DNA of 64,000 bases, from IMG/VR virus record IMGVR_UViG_2881147464_000001, positions 9,453 to 73,452 of that record; one strand, written 5' to 3'. This document shows positions 37,449 to 46,869 of this stretch, in pieces; position 1 is the stretch's first letter, and each line of letters begins with the position of its first letter. The notes under the pieces were generated by a model. The model did not search any database and was not told where the DNA came from. It was given only the letters and a program-made list of their open reading frames with translations. The DNA comes from a virus. The position numbers and the translations under genes are program-made.

Positions 37449-37814
37449 TCAGGCGTCGCGGCGGTAGGCCCGATATGGCGCCCAATAGGCCCACTCAAGC
37501 GGACCAAAGCGTTTGTACTCCATCTGCCCGGAACTCTTGCCGAACGTGGTGATGATGTAGATCAGCCCGAGGTAGACGTTGCCGGCACCATAACCGAACC
37601 GGAGCGGCCACCATCCCCAACGGGCGCGGCCGTCCTTGTAGAGCCTGCCAGGCTGGCGTAGGAGCGGTGACCGCAAGCCGATGGTGATGTGTCGCCAACT
37701 CGCCATGCGTCTCGTGTCTTTCCCCCATGCGCGATGGATGGATGCTGTCAGGTCCAGATAGCCGATCACGCCATAAAACTCTTTCGGCCCTTTGAACTTC
37801 AAATGGATCTTCAC
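37449..37814 (-). CDS. basic Trp-rich hypothetical protein
   Basis: GTG start with GGAGAG SD. Confidence 0.55.
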   Translation of the reverse strand: MKIHLKFKGPKEFYGVIGYLDLTASIHRAWGKDTRRMASWRHITIGLRSPLLRQPGRLYKDGRARWGWWPLRFGYGAGNVYLGLIYIITTFGKSSGQMEYKRFGPLEWAYWAPYRAYRRDA

Positions 37815-37826
37815 GGCAAATCTCTC

Positions 37827-38057
37827 CTATTCGTGGATGACCGGCTCGCCCTTCGAGACGCGAAACCGCACGATTTCCACATCGGTTTCGTCAACTCGAA
37901 AGACGGTGAAATTCGTATAGCCGGCGTCCACCAGGGCGGTGCCTATGGTGCCAGCTTCCTTTATGGCGGACATGCCGTCATCATGATCGAGCATGATGTC
38001 GAGGCGCGGGCGCGTCATGCCGCCATCGGCGACGACAACAAAATTGGGCAGCTTCAT
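37827..38057 (-). CDS. hypothetical protein
   Basis: AAGGA SD. Confidence 0.6.
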   Translation of the reverse strand: MKLPNFVVVADGGMTRPRLDIMLDHDDGMSAIKEAGTIGTALVDAGYTNFTVFRVDETDVEIVRFRVSKGEPVIHE

Positions 38058-38099
38058 AAGCGAAATCCTTGTCGGTTAGGGCAAGAGCCCGGTTGATTT

Positions 38100-38765
38100 T
38101 CAGGAAGATGAGATCGAAAAGCTTCTAGTCCCATCGACAGCGTGAAAGGCGGACGATACCGACCAGAGGCAAGGGCCGAGATGACCGACGGGGAGCATGA
38201 AAGTTCCCTTTTCGTTGGCGACAGATCGGAACGCGAATTCCGAGCGCTGGACGTTCGGGTGATGCCGCCGCAAGATAGCCTCGATCCTGCGAAGCTCGGC
38301 GTGGTTTGTCTTCGTTGTCGCCCATGCGACCGGGCGGCGATTGATCGATCCGTTTCCGTATGAAGTGAAATGCCAGGCGCCGCGCAATGCGTCTTTCAGC
38401 GCGTCGTGTTCGGGGTTGGAGACGTGAAAATCCCAGCTCTCAACCGGGGTCCAAAAGATCGTCCAAACGATGTCACCAAAGCCGGAGATATTTGGAATGT
38501 TCCGCCGGGAATAACTGTTGCCGGTGAATTCCCCGGTGAATTTCAAGCCGATGCCGTAGTTGATGAGCTCGATATCGCGCGCATCGAAGCGCTCAAGATC
38601 AAAGCGGCGACGGGCAATCTTTGCGGAAGTGAAATCCTGAAGCCTCAAGCTGCCGGCCCAGAAGCGACGGTGGTTCCAGTGGCCATCGGACCGCATGCCG
38701 CGCTCGTCAATCTGCACCGCAATCGGGTAGCCGTAAGATGGCTGGTGCGGATCGCGAACGATCAT
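38100..38765 (-). CDS. hypothetical protein
   Basis: 221-aa ORF in leftward block. Confidence 0.65.
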   Translation of the reverse strand: MIVRDPHQPSYGYPIAVQIDERGMRSDGHWNHRRFWAGSLRLQDFTSAKIARRRFDLERFDARDIELINYGIGLKFTGEFTGNSYSRRNIPNISGFGDIVWTIFWTPVESWDFHVSNPEHDALKDALRGAWHFTSYGNGSINRRPVAWATTKTNHAELRRIEAILRRHHPNVQRSEFAFRSVANEKGTFMLPVGHLGPCLWSVSSAFHAVDGTRSFSISSS

Positions 38766-38778
38766 GACGCAGATCGGA

Positions 38779-38856
38779 TCATTGGCCGCCGTGGCGAGCC
38801 TTCAGCTCGAACGCGCGACCGACTGCCAATTGGTCTTTCCAGCTTTGCCGCTTCAT
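38779..38856 (-). CDS. possible 25-aa peptide
   Basis: MKRQSWKDQLAVGRAFELKARHGGQ with AAGGA SD. Confidence 0.35.
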   Translation of the reverse strand: MKRQSWKDQLAVGRAFELKARHGGQ

Positions 38857-38899
38857 TCCGAAGTTCCTTTTCGGTTAGGGCGAGTGCCCGAGGAGGAAA

Positions 38900-38923
38900 G
38901 CGGGTGGCGGTTTCGCCGCCCGC
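38900..38923 (-). terminator. possible intrinsic terminator after dnaN-2
   Basis: GCGGGCGGC-GAAA-CCGCCACCCGC followed by TTTCCTCCT on minus strand. Confidence 0.5.
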
Positions 38924-38949
38924 GATGTTCTTGCATTGCTAGTGCAATG

Positions 38950-40296
38950 TCAGACGCGCATCGGCATGAGAACGCCAAGCCAGCCCTTGCGGTCCGGGGT
39001 GGTGATGACCGTCGGCGAGCCGGCATCGGCCATGGTGAGCGTGATGTCCTCGCCGCCGGCCGTGGCGATGAAATCCTGTATGTACTTCGCGTTGAATCCG
39101 ATCTCGATCATGTCGCCGGCATAGTCGGTTGCGACATCGGCATTCGCTGAGCCTTGATCCGGATTGTTGACAGCGAGGCGGCAATTGCCCCTATCGAAGG
39201 TGCATTTGACCGCGCGGCCCCTGTCGCTGGAAATGAGTTCGACGGCGCGCACGGCTTCCGCCAGGTCGGCGGACTTGAAGGATGCCGGCTTGTCGTTCTG
39301 TGTCGGGATGACGCGCTGATAGTCGGGGAATGTGCCGTCCACCAGCTTCGTCGTGACGGTGACATCATCGAACATGAGGCGAAGCATCTTGTCGGACAGT
39401 TCGATGCGAACGCTTGCCGGGCACGCCTTGCCCTTGAGCAGCTTCTGCAGGAGCGCGACAGTCTTCCGGGGTATGATGACGCCGGGCATCCCTGCCATGC
39501 CCTCCGTTGCCGCCAAATCCTGCCGGCAGAGCCTATGCCCATCGGTCGCGACCATGCGCAATGCGCCGTGATCGCCATGATAGGCGTCGATGGCGCGCGG
39601 CTCGACATGGTGCAGATAGACGCCGTTGAGATAGTAGCGGGTTTCCTCCGTCGAAATGGCCATGGCCACGCCGCCGAAGGATTCGACCAGATCGGCGCCG
39701 GGGACCGTGAAGGAATGCGACGGGTTGCCGCCCGACAGGTTCGGATAGTCAGCGACCGGCAAATCCTGAAGTCGATAGTTGACCTTTTCGAAATCGACCG
39801 TGACCGCGTTGCTGTCGCCGTGCGCAGCGGTGAAGCCGACGAATTCGGAAGCCGTCGCCTTCTTCACCAGGTCTTTCATCGTATGCGCCGGCAGCGTGAC
39901 GGCAAAGTGCGCATCGGCGGCGGCTGGAATCTTGACCGCGATTTCGATATCCAGATCGGTGCCGGTGACAGTCAGGTTGCTGCCGTCGCCCACCAGGCAG
40001 ACATTGGACAGGATCGGAATCGAGTTCCGCTTTTCGATCACGTTGGCGACGATTTCGAGCGCGCGGGTGAGCGCAGCTCGGTCGGCGAGTGCGGTTGCTG
40101 GCCCGACTGGCGCTTCCGGTTCGGCCTTGACCAGTTCATCGCGGCCGCTGGCGGCCTCATTGGCGGCGATCACTTCCGGCTCATGCGATGGCTCGACATT
40201 GAGCGCCTTGGCGGCCGCATAGTCGCTGAAGGACACGACCGCGCCAAGCGCAATCGCCGAAACACTGGAATTCGCAAAATTGGTATGAGCGTTCAT
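38950..40296 (-). CDS. dnaN: DNA polymerase III beta sliding clamp (copy 2) with about 70-aa N-terminal extension
   Basis: IPILSN, TGTDLDIEI, AISTEETRYYLNG, ATDGHRL, LVDGTFPDY, IGFNAKY, VLMPMRV. Confidence 0.93.
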   Translation of the reverse strand: MNAHTNFANSSVSAIALGAVVSFSDYAAAKALNVEPSHEPEVIAANEAASGRDELVKAEPEAPVGPATALADRAALTRALEIVANVIEKRNSIPILSNVCLVGDGSNLTVTGTDLDIEIAVKIPAAADAHFAVTLPAHTMKDLVKKATASEFVGFTAAHGDSNAVTVDFEKVNYRLQDLPVADYPNLSGGNPSHSFTVPGADLVESFGGVAMAISTEETRYYLNGVYLHHVEPRAIDAYHGDHGALRMVATDGHRLCRQDLAATEGMAGMPGVIIPRKTVALLQKLLKGKACPASVRIELSDKMLRLMFDDVTVTTKLVDGTFPDYQRVIPTQNDKPASFKSADLAEAVRAVELISSDRGRAVKCTFDRGNCRLAVNNPDQGSANADVATDYAGDMIEIGFNAKYIQDFIATAGGEDITLTMADAGSPTVITTPDRKGWLGVLMPMRV

Positions 40297-40367
40297 GCTG
40301 TTCTGTCTCCTTTGTTCGCCACAATCGGCAATTCAGTTCATGGCATAAATCTATGCCGAAAGCAAGA

Positions 40368-40727
40368 TCAGTCTTCCGGCAGTGTGACAGTCAGTTCATC
40401 GATGATCTCGGTTCGCACGATGGCCTCGGCTGTTTCGCCGTCGGTCTGGATGACTTCCGACAGTTCGCTTTCGTCGGCGCCGTCGGTGTCATAGTCGATG
40501 ATGTGGACGGTGCGGCCGATCATTGAGCCGGTGCCGCTCACGCTTTGGACCATGCCGCCCTCGATCACGATGACGACACGTTCCGGCACTGGCGATTCAG
40601 CCTCGGCAATTGCGACGCGGACAATCCCGGCGATGTCGCTTTCCAAGTCGCCCGTCGGATCAAACCATTCGCCTTTTATGCGGGACTCGACTCGGCGAAG
40701 CGCCGACAGCATGTCGGGCCGCAGCAT
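40368..40727 (-). CDS. hypothetical protein
   Basis: VIVIEGGMVQ...IIDYDTDG common phage motif. Confidence 0.65.
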   Translation of the reverse strand: MLRPDMLSALRRVESRIKGEWFDPTGDLESDIAGIVRVAIAEAESPVPERVVIVIEGGMVQSVSGTGSMIGRTVHIIDYDTDGADESELSEVIQTDGETAEAIVRTEIIDELTVTLPED

Positions 40728-41151
40728 GATCGGGCAGGGCCGGCGTTTGTTCGATGCCGCCGCTTTCCGCTTTGGCGATAGCCTTGTCCATCATGTCGCA
40801 AGCTTCCTGTTCGAATGGCGAGGCGCCACAATTGCCGCGAGCTCGCTTGATCGCCTTCAAGGCGGCGAGCATGTCAGGCGCCGCCAGTTCGAGCGGCGAC
40901 GGCTTGGGATCATACGGACTCGGCAGAGAATGCCCGCCATAGTCCGCCAGTAGTTCCCCGGTCTCGGCGTTGGTAACGTCGATGATGGCCAAATCCTGCC
41001 CGCTATCGGTTGTCGTTTCATGGATGCTGATATTGTCGCCGATGTAGTCGGCAGTCAGAAGCGGAAAGGCCGCCTCGACGCTTTCGGCCTCGATCTCAAC
41101 GTTGCCGTAACAGCGAAGGGTAACACCCATGTGAAAAATCATCTTGGGCAT
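40660..41151 (-). CDS. hypothetical protein
   Basis: AAPDMLAAL motif; AGGAG SD plus hairpin. Confidence 0.65.
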   Translation of the reverse strand: MPKMIFHMGVTLRCYGNVEIEAESVEAAFPLLTADYIGDNISIHETTTDSGQDLAIIDVTNAETGELLADYGGHSLPSPYDPKPSPLELAAPDMLAALKAIKRARGNCGASPFEQEACDMMDKAIAKAESGGIEQTPALPDHAAARHAVGASPSRVPHKRRMV

Positions 41152-41192
41152 GGTCTCAATCTCCTATTTTGTTCGCTCACAATCGAGCGGGG

Positions 41193-41618
41193 TTAATGCG
41201 GAAGCGGCAAGTCGAAGATGACGACCAGCGCCAGGACGCCAGCCATAAGAGCGACGAGCGCGAGGAAGCCAAGGAATTCCCGTGCGCGGCTCATGTGATG
41301 AGGTGGCCGAAGTCCACCGCTATCTCCAGTCGGCTGGTATGGCTCGCCCTTGACCTCAACTGGCTGTCTCTCGATAGGGGTGGGCATCCAACGCGCGCTG
41401 CGTTCACGTTCCGCCTCAACCTGCCGCATCAGGCTGACAACCTCGCGCTGTCGTTCTTCTGCCAGATCGTGTTGCCTCTCGGCCAGAGCCAACAACAGTT
41501 TTATTTCCTTGATGGCCAACAAAGCCGTATTTGCGCGCACATACATGCCCTCGTCCTCCAGTTTTTTGTGGAGGATTTCGAGCCGCTTCAATACCTCGTC
41601 GGTAGAGGGGGCGCTCAT
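41193..41618 (-). CDS. coiled-coil protein with C-terminal TM
   Basis: ATGA overlap; C-terminal hydrophobic stretch. Confidence 0.6.
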   Translation of the reverse strand: MSAPSTDEVLKRLEILHKKLEDEGMYVRANTALLAIKEIKLLLALAERQHDLAEERQREVVSLMRQVEAERERSARWMPTPIERQPVEVKGEPYQPTGDSGGLRPPHHMSRAREFLGFLALVALMAGVLALVVIFDLPLPH

Positions 41619-43876
41619 GACTTGCGCTCGATGAAATAGCGGCCTTCTTCGCGATTCAGCGTCACGGTTTCGTCCGGCTCGCATGTTGACGGCGGGCCGA
41701 TGTGAATTTCGCCCTCGGCTACCTTGTCGGCCGCCGTCGAGCCGCGCGGGTCGCCATAGTAGCGTCCAGCAGCCTCGAGGCTTTCGAAATGGCTTGTGCC
41801 GATGCGGTAGCCGCCGGCGGGCGCAGTCGATACCGGTGTGGCTTCCTTTGCCAGTTCATCGCCGACAAGCACGACCAGGACAGTTGCGGTTCCGGTGCCG
41901 CTTTGCTTGAACGATCCGGGCGGCAGATCGTACTTTTCGCCGCCGCAGTCATCGAACCAGGTGCGGAACTCCGTCGCCTTTCGATCCTGCCTGAAGAATG
42001 GACCGGGCGACATGACAGCGACCAGCCGGCCGCCATCGCGAAGCATCTTGAAGGCGTGGCGCACATGGTCGATATCCTGCCCGTTCTCAAAGGGCGGGTT
42101 CATCAGCACGCGGTCGAAGCGCGGCGCGGTTTCGGCTTCCATGAAATCGGATCCGGCGAGCGCATAACCCTTGGCTGTCAAGATCTCGCGCAAGCTGAAA
42201 TGCCGCTCATAGGTGGTGAGCTTTGCGCCGGGTGCCGTATCCTTCACCACATCGAGGATTGCGCCGCTGCCGCCTTCCGGCTCCAGCATGTCGAATTCAC
42301 CGGCTGGCAGATCGGCAAGATCAATCATTTGATCGATCACGGCGCGCGGCGTCGGGAAGTAGCCGGGGATATTGGCGAATTGCAGCGCCTGGACCTTGCG
42401 GCGCAAAGCCTCGGCTTGCTTGTCTGCCTCGCTCTGGCCGGCGATCATCGCCCAAAGCGCGCGCGTTGCCGGCGTGTCGGTCGCCGGCTTGCCGGTGTCG
42501 TAACCGGCGTCATAATAGCCGCCGTTGCGCACGATTTCGGACCGCGCCAGATCGTGCGCGGCTTTCTTCGATGTGACGCCGCGCAGCTCGGGCGGCACGG
42601 TGCCGGCGTTATGGTGCGCCGCCAGGGCGCGCAGCGCCTGTTGCGTGCGCTGTAGCCAATAGCCGTCAAGGCGCGCGCTATCGGCTTCACGCTGGCGCTT
42701 AGGCGTGTTTGTCAGCCGGTCGCGGAATTTATGGTCGATCTCGCCTTGCATAGCGTCGGCCATGGCGCGCAGCTTGTCGCCGGTTGCGACACTGGCACGC
42801 GCCGGCGCCTCGGCGCGCGGTGCGGCTTCCGGCGCGCGTCCATCCTTCGGCCCGTCATCGTTCGGCGACGGCTCCGGATTGGCGAACGTCTCGGCGGCAT
42901 CGCGTTTCTTGAAGGCGAAGCCGCCCGGCGTCTTTCCCCATGGCTTGGAGTACCAGCCGCCGAGAGTCTCGGCCAGTTCGCGAAGCCGGTTGAATTCGTC
43001 GCGCTCGACGCGCTCGGGCATGATGCAGATGAACATCTGAAAGCCCTTTTTCGTGTGGGTGTGTTCCTCGATCCGAATCCCGGCCGGCGTCACAACGCCA
43101 GGCGCGGCCGCTGGCGCGGTTTCCGCCTTCGGTGCGGCCAAGTGCCAATCGGCAGGGAAAGGCAGGCTCTTGACCGGCTCACGGTTGCCATAGAACGATT
43201 GTTTCGAGACTTTCCAGCCGTTCGAGTAGCGGCCGCCGACCTTCAGGAAGTAGCCGCCGCCCATGCTCCATTTCTGCCGATTCTCGGCAGTTTCCGGCGC
43301 GTCGGCCAATGCGGCAGTCTCGGCGAAGTTGCGCGCCGCCTGCCGAAGCTCGGGGAACAGATCGCGGGTATGCTTGGAAAAGCCGAGAATGACGGTTCTA
43401 ACCGTCTTGCCGCCGTAATAGTCAGTCATCGAGTCCGATTGATCCTCGATCAACTCGGCGACGATGACAGCTTTCGCCCATGCCGGAATCTTGCTGGCCG
43501 CGTCGGCTTCAAAGGCAGCGCGCGCAATCCGGCCTTGCTCATAGGCTTCGTTCATCTGGCGTGCGGCGTCGGCTTTCTTCGCCTTCGCCGCCGCCAGCAA
43601 TGCCGCCGCCTGTTCGGCTGAAATCGGCTCGATACGGTAGCGCGCCGCAAGGTCCAGCCATGACCGCGCGGCGGATTCGGGAACCTCCGTTATCTGAAGG
43701 CTTTCGCCCCAAACGATGGTTAGCTGCGACCGGTCGCGCACCATGCCGCTGGCACCAATGGTAAAGCCGTTGCAGGCCTCGACCTGGACGACATGGCCGG
43801 AACTTGAATAGGCGGGATGATAGGCCGGCGCGCCAATGGCGACGGAATCCGGGCGGATAGCGGTTTCAATGTTCAT
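41615..43876 (-). CDS. large multidomain protein with C-terminal class I SAM (N6-adenine-type) DNA methyltransferase
   Basis: YFPTP, LEPEGGSGAI, VLMNPPF; start MNIETA after GGAG SD and hairpin. Confidence 0.85.
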   Translation of the reverse strand: MNIETAIRPDSVAIGAPAYHPAYSSSGHVVQVEACNGFTIGASGMVRDRSQLTIVWGESLQITEVPESAARSWLDLAARYRIEPISAEQAAALLAAAKAKKADAARQMNEAYEQGRIARAAFEADAASKIPAWAKAVIVAELIEDQSDSMTDYYGGKTVRTVILGFSKHTRDLFPELRQAARNFAETAALADAPETAENRQKWSMGGGYFLKVGGRYSNGWKVSKQSFYGNREPVKSLPFPADWHLAAPKAETAPAAAPGVVTPAGIRIEEHTHTKKGFQMFICIMPERVERDEFNRLRELAETLGGWYSKPWGKTPGGFAFKKRDAAETFANPEPSPNDDGPKDGRAPEAAPRAEAPARASVATGDKLRAMADAMQGEIDHKFRDRLTNTPKRQREADSARLDGYWLQRTQQALRALAAHHNAGTVPPELRGVTSKKAAHDLARSEIVRNGGYYDAGYDTGKPATDTPATRALWAMIAGQSEADKQAEALRRKVQALQFANIPGYFPTPRAVIDQMIDLADLPAGEFDMLEPEGGSGAILDVVKDTAPGAKLTTYERHFSLREILTAKGYALAGSDFMEAETAPRFDRVLMNPPFENGQDIDHVRHAFKMLRDGGRLVAVMSPGPFFRQDRKATEFRTWFDDCGGEKYDLPPGSFKQSGTGTATVLVVLVGDELAKEATPVSTAPAGGYRIGTSHFESLEAAGRYYGDPRGSTAADKVAEGEIHIGPPSTCEPDETVTLNREEGRYFIERKS

Positions 43877-43934
43877 TGTCTTTCGATCTCCAGTTGTTGC
43901 CACGATTGGCAAGGGTTTGAACGTTTTGCGGTCT

Positions 43935-44177
43935 TTAGTCGCGCCGGGCGCTTGTGCGCCATTCGTCGCCGTCTTCGATATAGACGGAGCCGAAATGTGA
44001 ATCTGTGAATTTTTCAGTCTTGACCGAACGCGCGCATTTGTTGAGCGCGCGGGCAATTTGGCTTGCAGCTTTCGGGCTTAGATAGACCGTCGGGCCGTCG
44101 CCGACACAAAGCGCGATGAAATCCCGGAAGCGGTGGACGCTGGCGACGATATTCGTTCTTTTGGCCTTGCCGCTCAT
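43935..44177 (-). CDS. hypothetical protein
   Basis: ATGA overlap. Confidence 0.6.
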   Translation of the reverse strand: MSGKAKRTNIVASVHRFRDFIALCVGDGPTVYLSPKAASQIARALNKCARSVKTEKFTDSHFGSVYIEDGDEWRTSARRD

Positions 44178-44392
44178 TGGCCCGACTCCAAATCTTCCAG
44201 ATCGGCGAACCAAGTTCCAACGCGATTGCCGTTCACGTCGCGAATCGGCGTTCCAGTTGCTTCGCCGATGGTGAAGCCGTCACCGCGCGTCACCTTGTCC
44301 GCGATATCGCGAAGAATGCGCGCGACTTCGCCGCCTGGATCGTCGGCAAAGGCGGCATTATCCATTTTGATTTCAAGCGAGAATTCGGCCAT
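44174..44392 (-). CDS. conserved small phage protein
   Basis: IKMDNAAF...EVARILR...IRDVNGNRVG. Confidence 0.7.
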   Translation of the reverse strand: MAEFSLEIKMDNAAFADDPGGEVARILRDIADKVTRGDGFTIGEATGTPIRDVNGNRVGTWFADLEDLESGQ

Positions 44393-44461
44393 TGTTCAAA
44401 CTCCAGTTGCGCCACAATCGGCGGTTCAGTTGTATTTCACAGTTCGGGCAAAAAAGCAAGA

Positions 44462-44776
44462 TCAGTTGAGCGCGCCGGTTGCCCAAAATCCGGCGATGAC
44501 GCCTTGCCAGTATTCCAGATTTGCCGAGTAGCGCGGCGCCAGGGTGTCGCGGCGCCATTCCATGTCGCATGTGCGCACGGCGCTGAAGCCGCCAGCATGG
44601 TCACAAGTCAAGCCGCTATGCGGCAATTCGGTTGCGTGTAGCAGGTCGGCGGCGCTGCAGCTAGTGAGGCGCGCCAGCTCGGCAACGGCCTTGCCGTCAA
44701 GGTGCATTCCTTCCAAGCCGAAATAATAGAGCAAGGCACGCGCTCGATTGTTCGGCGATATCCCGTCAATCTTCAT
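44462..44776 (-). CDS. hypothetical protein
   Basis: SD plus hairpin. Confidence 0.6.
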   Translation of the reverse strand: MKIDGISPNNRARALLYYFGLEGMHLDGKAVAELARLTSCSAADLLHATELPHSGLTCDHAGGFSAVRTCDMEWRRDTLAPRYSANLEYWQGVIAGFWATGALN

Positions 44777-44890
44777 TCCGGTTCCCTTTCAGATAGGCCA
44801 CTATCGGCCATGAAAGACCGCACAAGGCGCGCGGGTTTTCAAAGCGGATAGGGAAGCCGGCGCGGCCATGAGACCGCGCCAGCGGTCGCG

Positions 44891-45118
44891 CTAGGCGCGG
44901 ATAACGCCACAATCCATGCCGCCGACAAATCGGCCGCCTGGGAAGATTCGCCAATTGGGCGCCAGGTGAAAGACGCGCGGCCGATCTAACGCGATAGCGC
45001 AGCGAATGGCGCGGGCTTCCTTCGGCCCAATGGTGGCGGAAGATAGCCAAACGGCGTCGAATGCGTCGCGCATTGCTTCGCGCGCGGCGTCGAGCTCTTT
45101 TCGGTTGCCAATCTGCAT
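44891..45118 (-). CDS. hypothetical protein
   Basis: TAATG overlap at 45116-45120. Confidence 0.55.
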   Translation of the reverse strand: MQIGNRKELDAAREAMRDAFDAVWLSSATIGPKEARAIRCAIALDRPRVFHLAPNWRIFPGGRFVGGMDCGVIRA

Positions 45119-45288
45119 TAGAGTCCGCTCCTCCCATATTCGCGCGGCGTCGGCTCTTTCTCCCATGAGGCGCGCGCATAGTCGGGCAATTCGCGCCAAT
45201 CCTTGCGCGGGCTTTGATCGGCATAGCGCGGGCAACGCCGGCAATCCTCCTCATAGGCCAATTGTCCGGCCGTCGGCGGCCGTTCCAT
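45118..45288 (-). CDS. small conserved phage protein
   Basis: AGQLAYEEDCRRCPRY...W.EL...RASWE. Confidence 0.6.
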   Translation of the reverse strand: MERPPTAGQLAYEEDCRRCPRYADQSPRKDWRELPDYARASWEKEPTPREYGRSGL

Positions 45289-45343
45289 TGCCGATCCGCC
45301 ATGGTCCTTTGTGTCATGTTCGAAAATCATCGTCGCGATTCCT

Positions 45344-45538
45344 TCAAATGCGGTTTGCGGTAACGCCATATTGAGCGGCCAAGCGCTCGGCGGCCTTTTT
45401 GGCGGCCGCTTCCGTTCGCTTGAATTCTTCGGACAAGATGCGGCCGAAGTCCCGGCCGGCCGGCGGCGCCTGCCAGGCGCGAACTCGCCAAGCGCGTTTG
45501 TGTCCCCAATAGGAATAGGAAACGTCAATCTTGCTCAT
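45344..45538 (-). CDS. hypothetical protein
   Basis: AAGGA SD before MSKIDV. Confidence 0.55.
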   Translation of the reverse strand: MSKIDVSYSYWGHKRAWRVRAWQAPPAGRDFGRILSEEFKRTEAAAKKAAERLAAQYGVTANRI

Positions 45539-45551
45539 GTTCTGTTTTCCT

Positions 45552-45776
45552 TTAGCGGTCGTTTGGTTCATTGGGATAGATTGCGGCGAAGCGGTCGCGA
45601 TCCATTCGGCAGAGTTTCGTCTTGAGCGCTTCGCGCGTGTCAAAAGCCCGGTCCCATTCGCATTTGATGACGGGACGGAAGAAACGCGGATTGTCTAGCT
45701 TTGCGTCCCATGCTTTCAACCGGCGCTCGGCAAGCGCGCATTGCCTTGCCAGTGTATCGAATGCGGCCGCGCTCAT
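45552..45776 (-). CDS. hypothetical protein
   Basis: ATGA overlap. Confidence 0.55.
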   Translation of the reverse strand: MSAAAFDTLARQCALAERRLKAWDAKLDNPRFFRPVIKCEWDRAFDTREALKTKLCRMDRDRFAAIYPNEPNDR

Positions 45777-45970
45777 GTGTTGAACCAATCATAACGGCGC
45801 GCCTCTTTCGCCTTGCGCTCGGCGCGCCGGTCGCGGCCGTCCTGGCGCTTTGCGAATGGCTTGCCGTGCCGAACCTTGCGCGCCTCATGTTGCGCGAAAA
45901 ATGCGTCCAGATCGGCGGCAGTGATCGTTTCCAGATCGGCGCGCGCGGCGGCGTCAAGCGGCTTATTCAT
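45773..45970 (-). CDS. small basic protein
   Basis: GGGAG SD plus hairpin. Confidence 0.65.
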   Translation of the reverse strand: MNKPLDAAARADLETITAADLDAFFAQHEARKVRHGKPFAKRQDGRDRRAERKAKEARRYDWFNT

Positions 45971-46018
45971 TTTCAGACTCCCATGATTGCCACAATTGGC
46001 GGTTTGCAGTTTCCGGAT

Positions 46019-46339
46019 TTAGAGTAGCCAGCCATTGCCGCTTGTGGCGGCATGGCGAAAGATAGAGCTTGGCGTGTAGAATTCAGCGTCGAACCATAGA
46101 ACGGCCGTTTCGCCTTCCTTGACGAAAATCCATCCTCCGAAAACTCCAGTTTTGCGCGGCTTTCAATATGCCGCCATGTTTCCGAGATTGGCCAGTTTGG
46201 CGCGATAGTCGCGGCGCGCCAGGTCGGCGCATAGGTCACGCAATCGAGACTGAAGCGCGCGCTTGCGCGCCGAATCTGTTTCGGCCTTGATTGCTTTCTG
46301 CAGCCGCTTGACGCGCGCGGCGGAATCCTGGTTTGGCAT
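46019..46339 (-). pseudogene. ORF interrupted by in-frame TGA at 46163-46165 (nonsense allele or readthrough)
   Basis: 58 codons, TGA, then 47 more sense codons in frame to TAA 46019-46021. Confidence 0.45.
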
Positions 46340-46370
46340 GGTCGTTTTCCTTTTTGTTTCTGCCGATTTG

Positions 46371-46568
46371 CTAGCCGACGAAAATCGAAGTCGCGGCGCA
46401 TTTGCGGGCAAGTCTGCTTGCCTCTGTTTTGGCGCCGTCAAATGTGCGAAAGAACTGGACGTAGCAATCGTCGCTTGAATTCCAAACCGCATAAGCGCTA
46501 TCGCTTGGGATTGAGTCCGATTGAAAATGCGGCATGGCTTTTTCGGTTTTGCCGTAAAAGATTATCAT
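46371..46568 (-). CDS. hypothetical protein
   Basis: AAGGA SD plus hairpin. Confidence 0.6.
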   Translation of the reverse strand: MIIFYGKTEKAMPHFQSDSIPSDSAYAVWNSSDDCYVQFFRTFDGAKTEASRLARKCAATSIFVG

Positions 46569-46650
46569 GGTTCGTTTCCTTTTCTTCGCCACCATTGGCT
46601 TAGGCTAGTCGCCATCCTATCGGCGCAACGGCGCGCCGATATGAAAGCGA

Positions 46651-46857
46651 TTAGTCACGCTCAAAGAATCCATCAACGCAAACGTAATTGCGCCATGCGG
46701 CCGCACCGCGCCGAACCGAAATCGCCGACTCTTCCGGATAACTCCAGCCGGTTCGGTTTTCATGCTCGACTAGATAGCGATCCAGCGCCGCGCCATGCGT
46801 TGCGGCTTGAACGGTAGCGCTCGGCGCGAAAGTCGATTGGACTTGATATTGTGCCAT
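46651..46857 (-). CDS. hypothetical protein
   Basis: GAGGAG SD. Confidence 0.6.
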   Translation of the reverse strand: MAQYQVQSTFAPSATVQAATHGAALDRYLVEHENRTGWSYPEESAISVRRGAAAWRNYVCVDGFFERD

Positions 46858-46869
46858 GGTAGCCGCTCC

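Noticed and set aside
11526-43621. Many long opposite-strand or alternative-frame ORFs in the track (e.g. 11526..12260, 19664..20593, 21512..22357, 31446..32489, 39154..40494, 42731..43621)
   Set aside because: They are shadows of well-supported genes in high-GC sequence, with no motifs or SD
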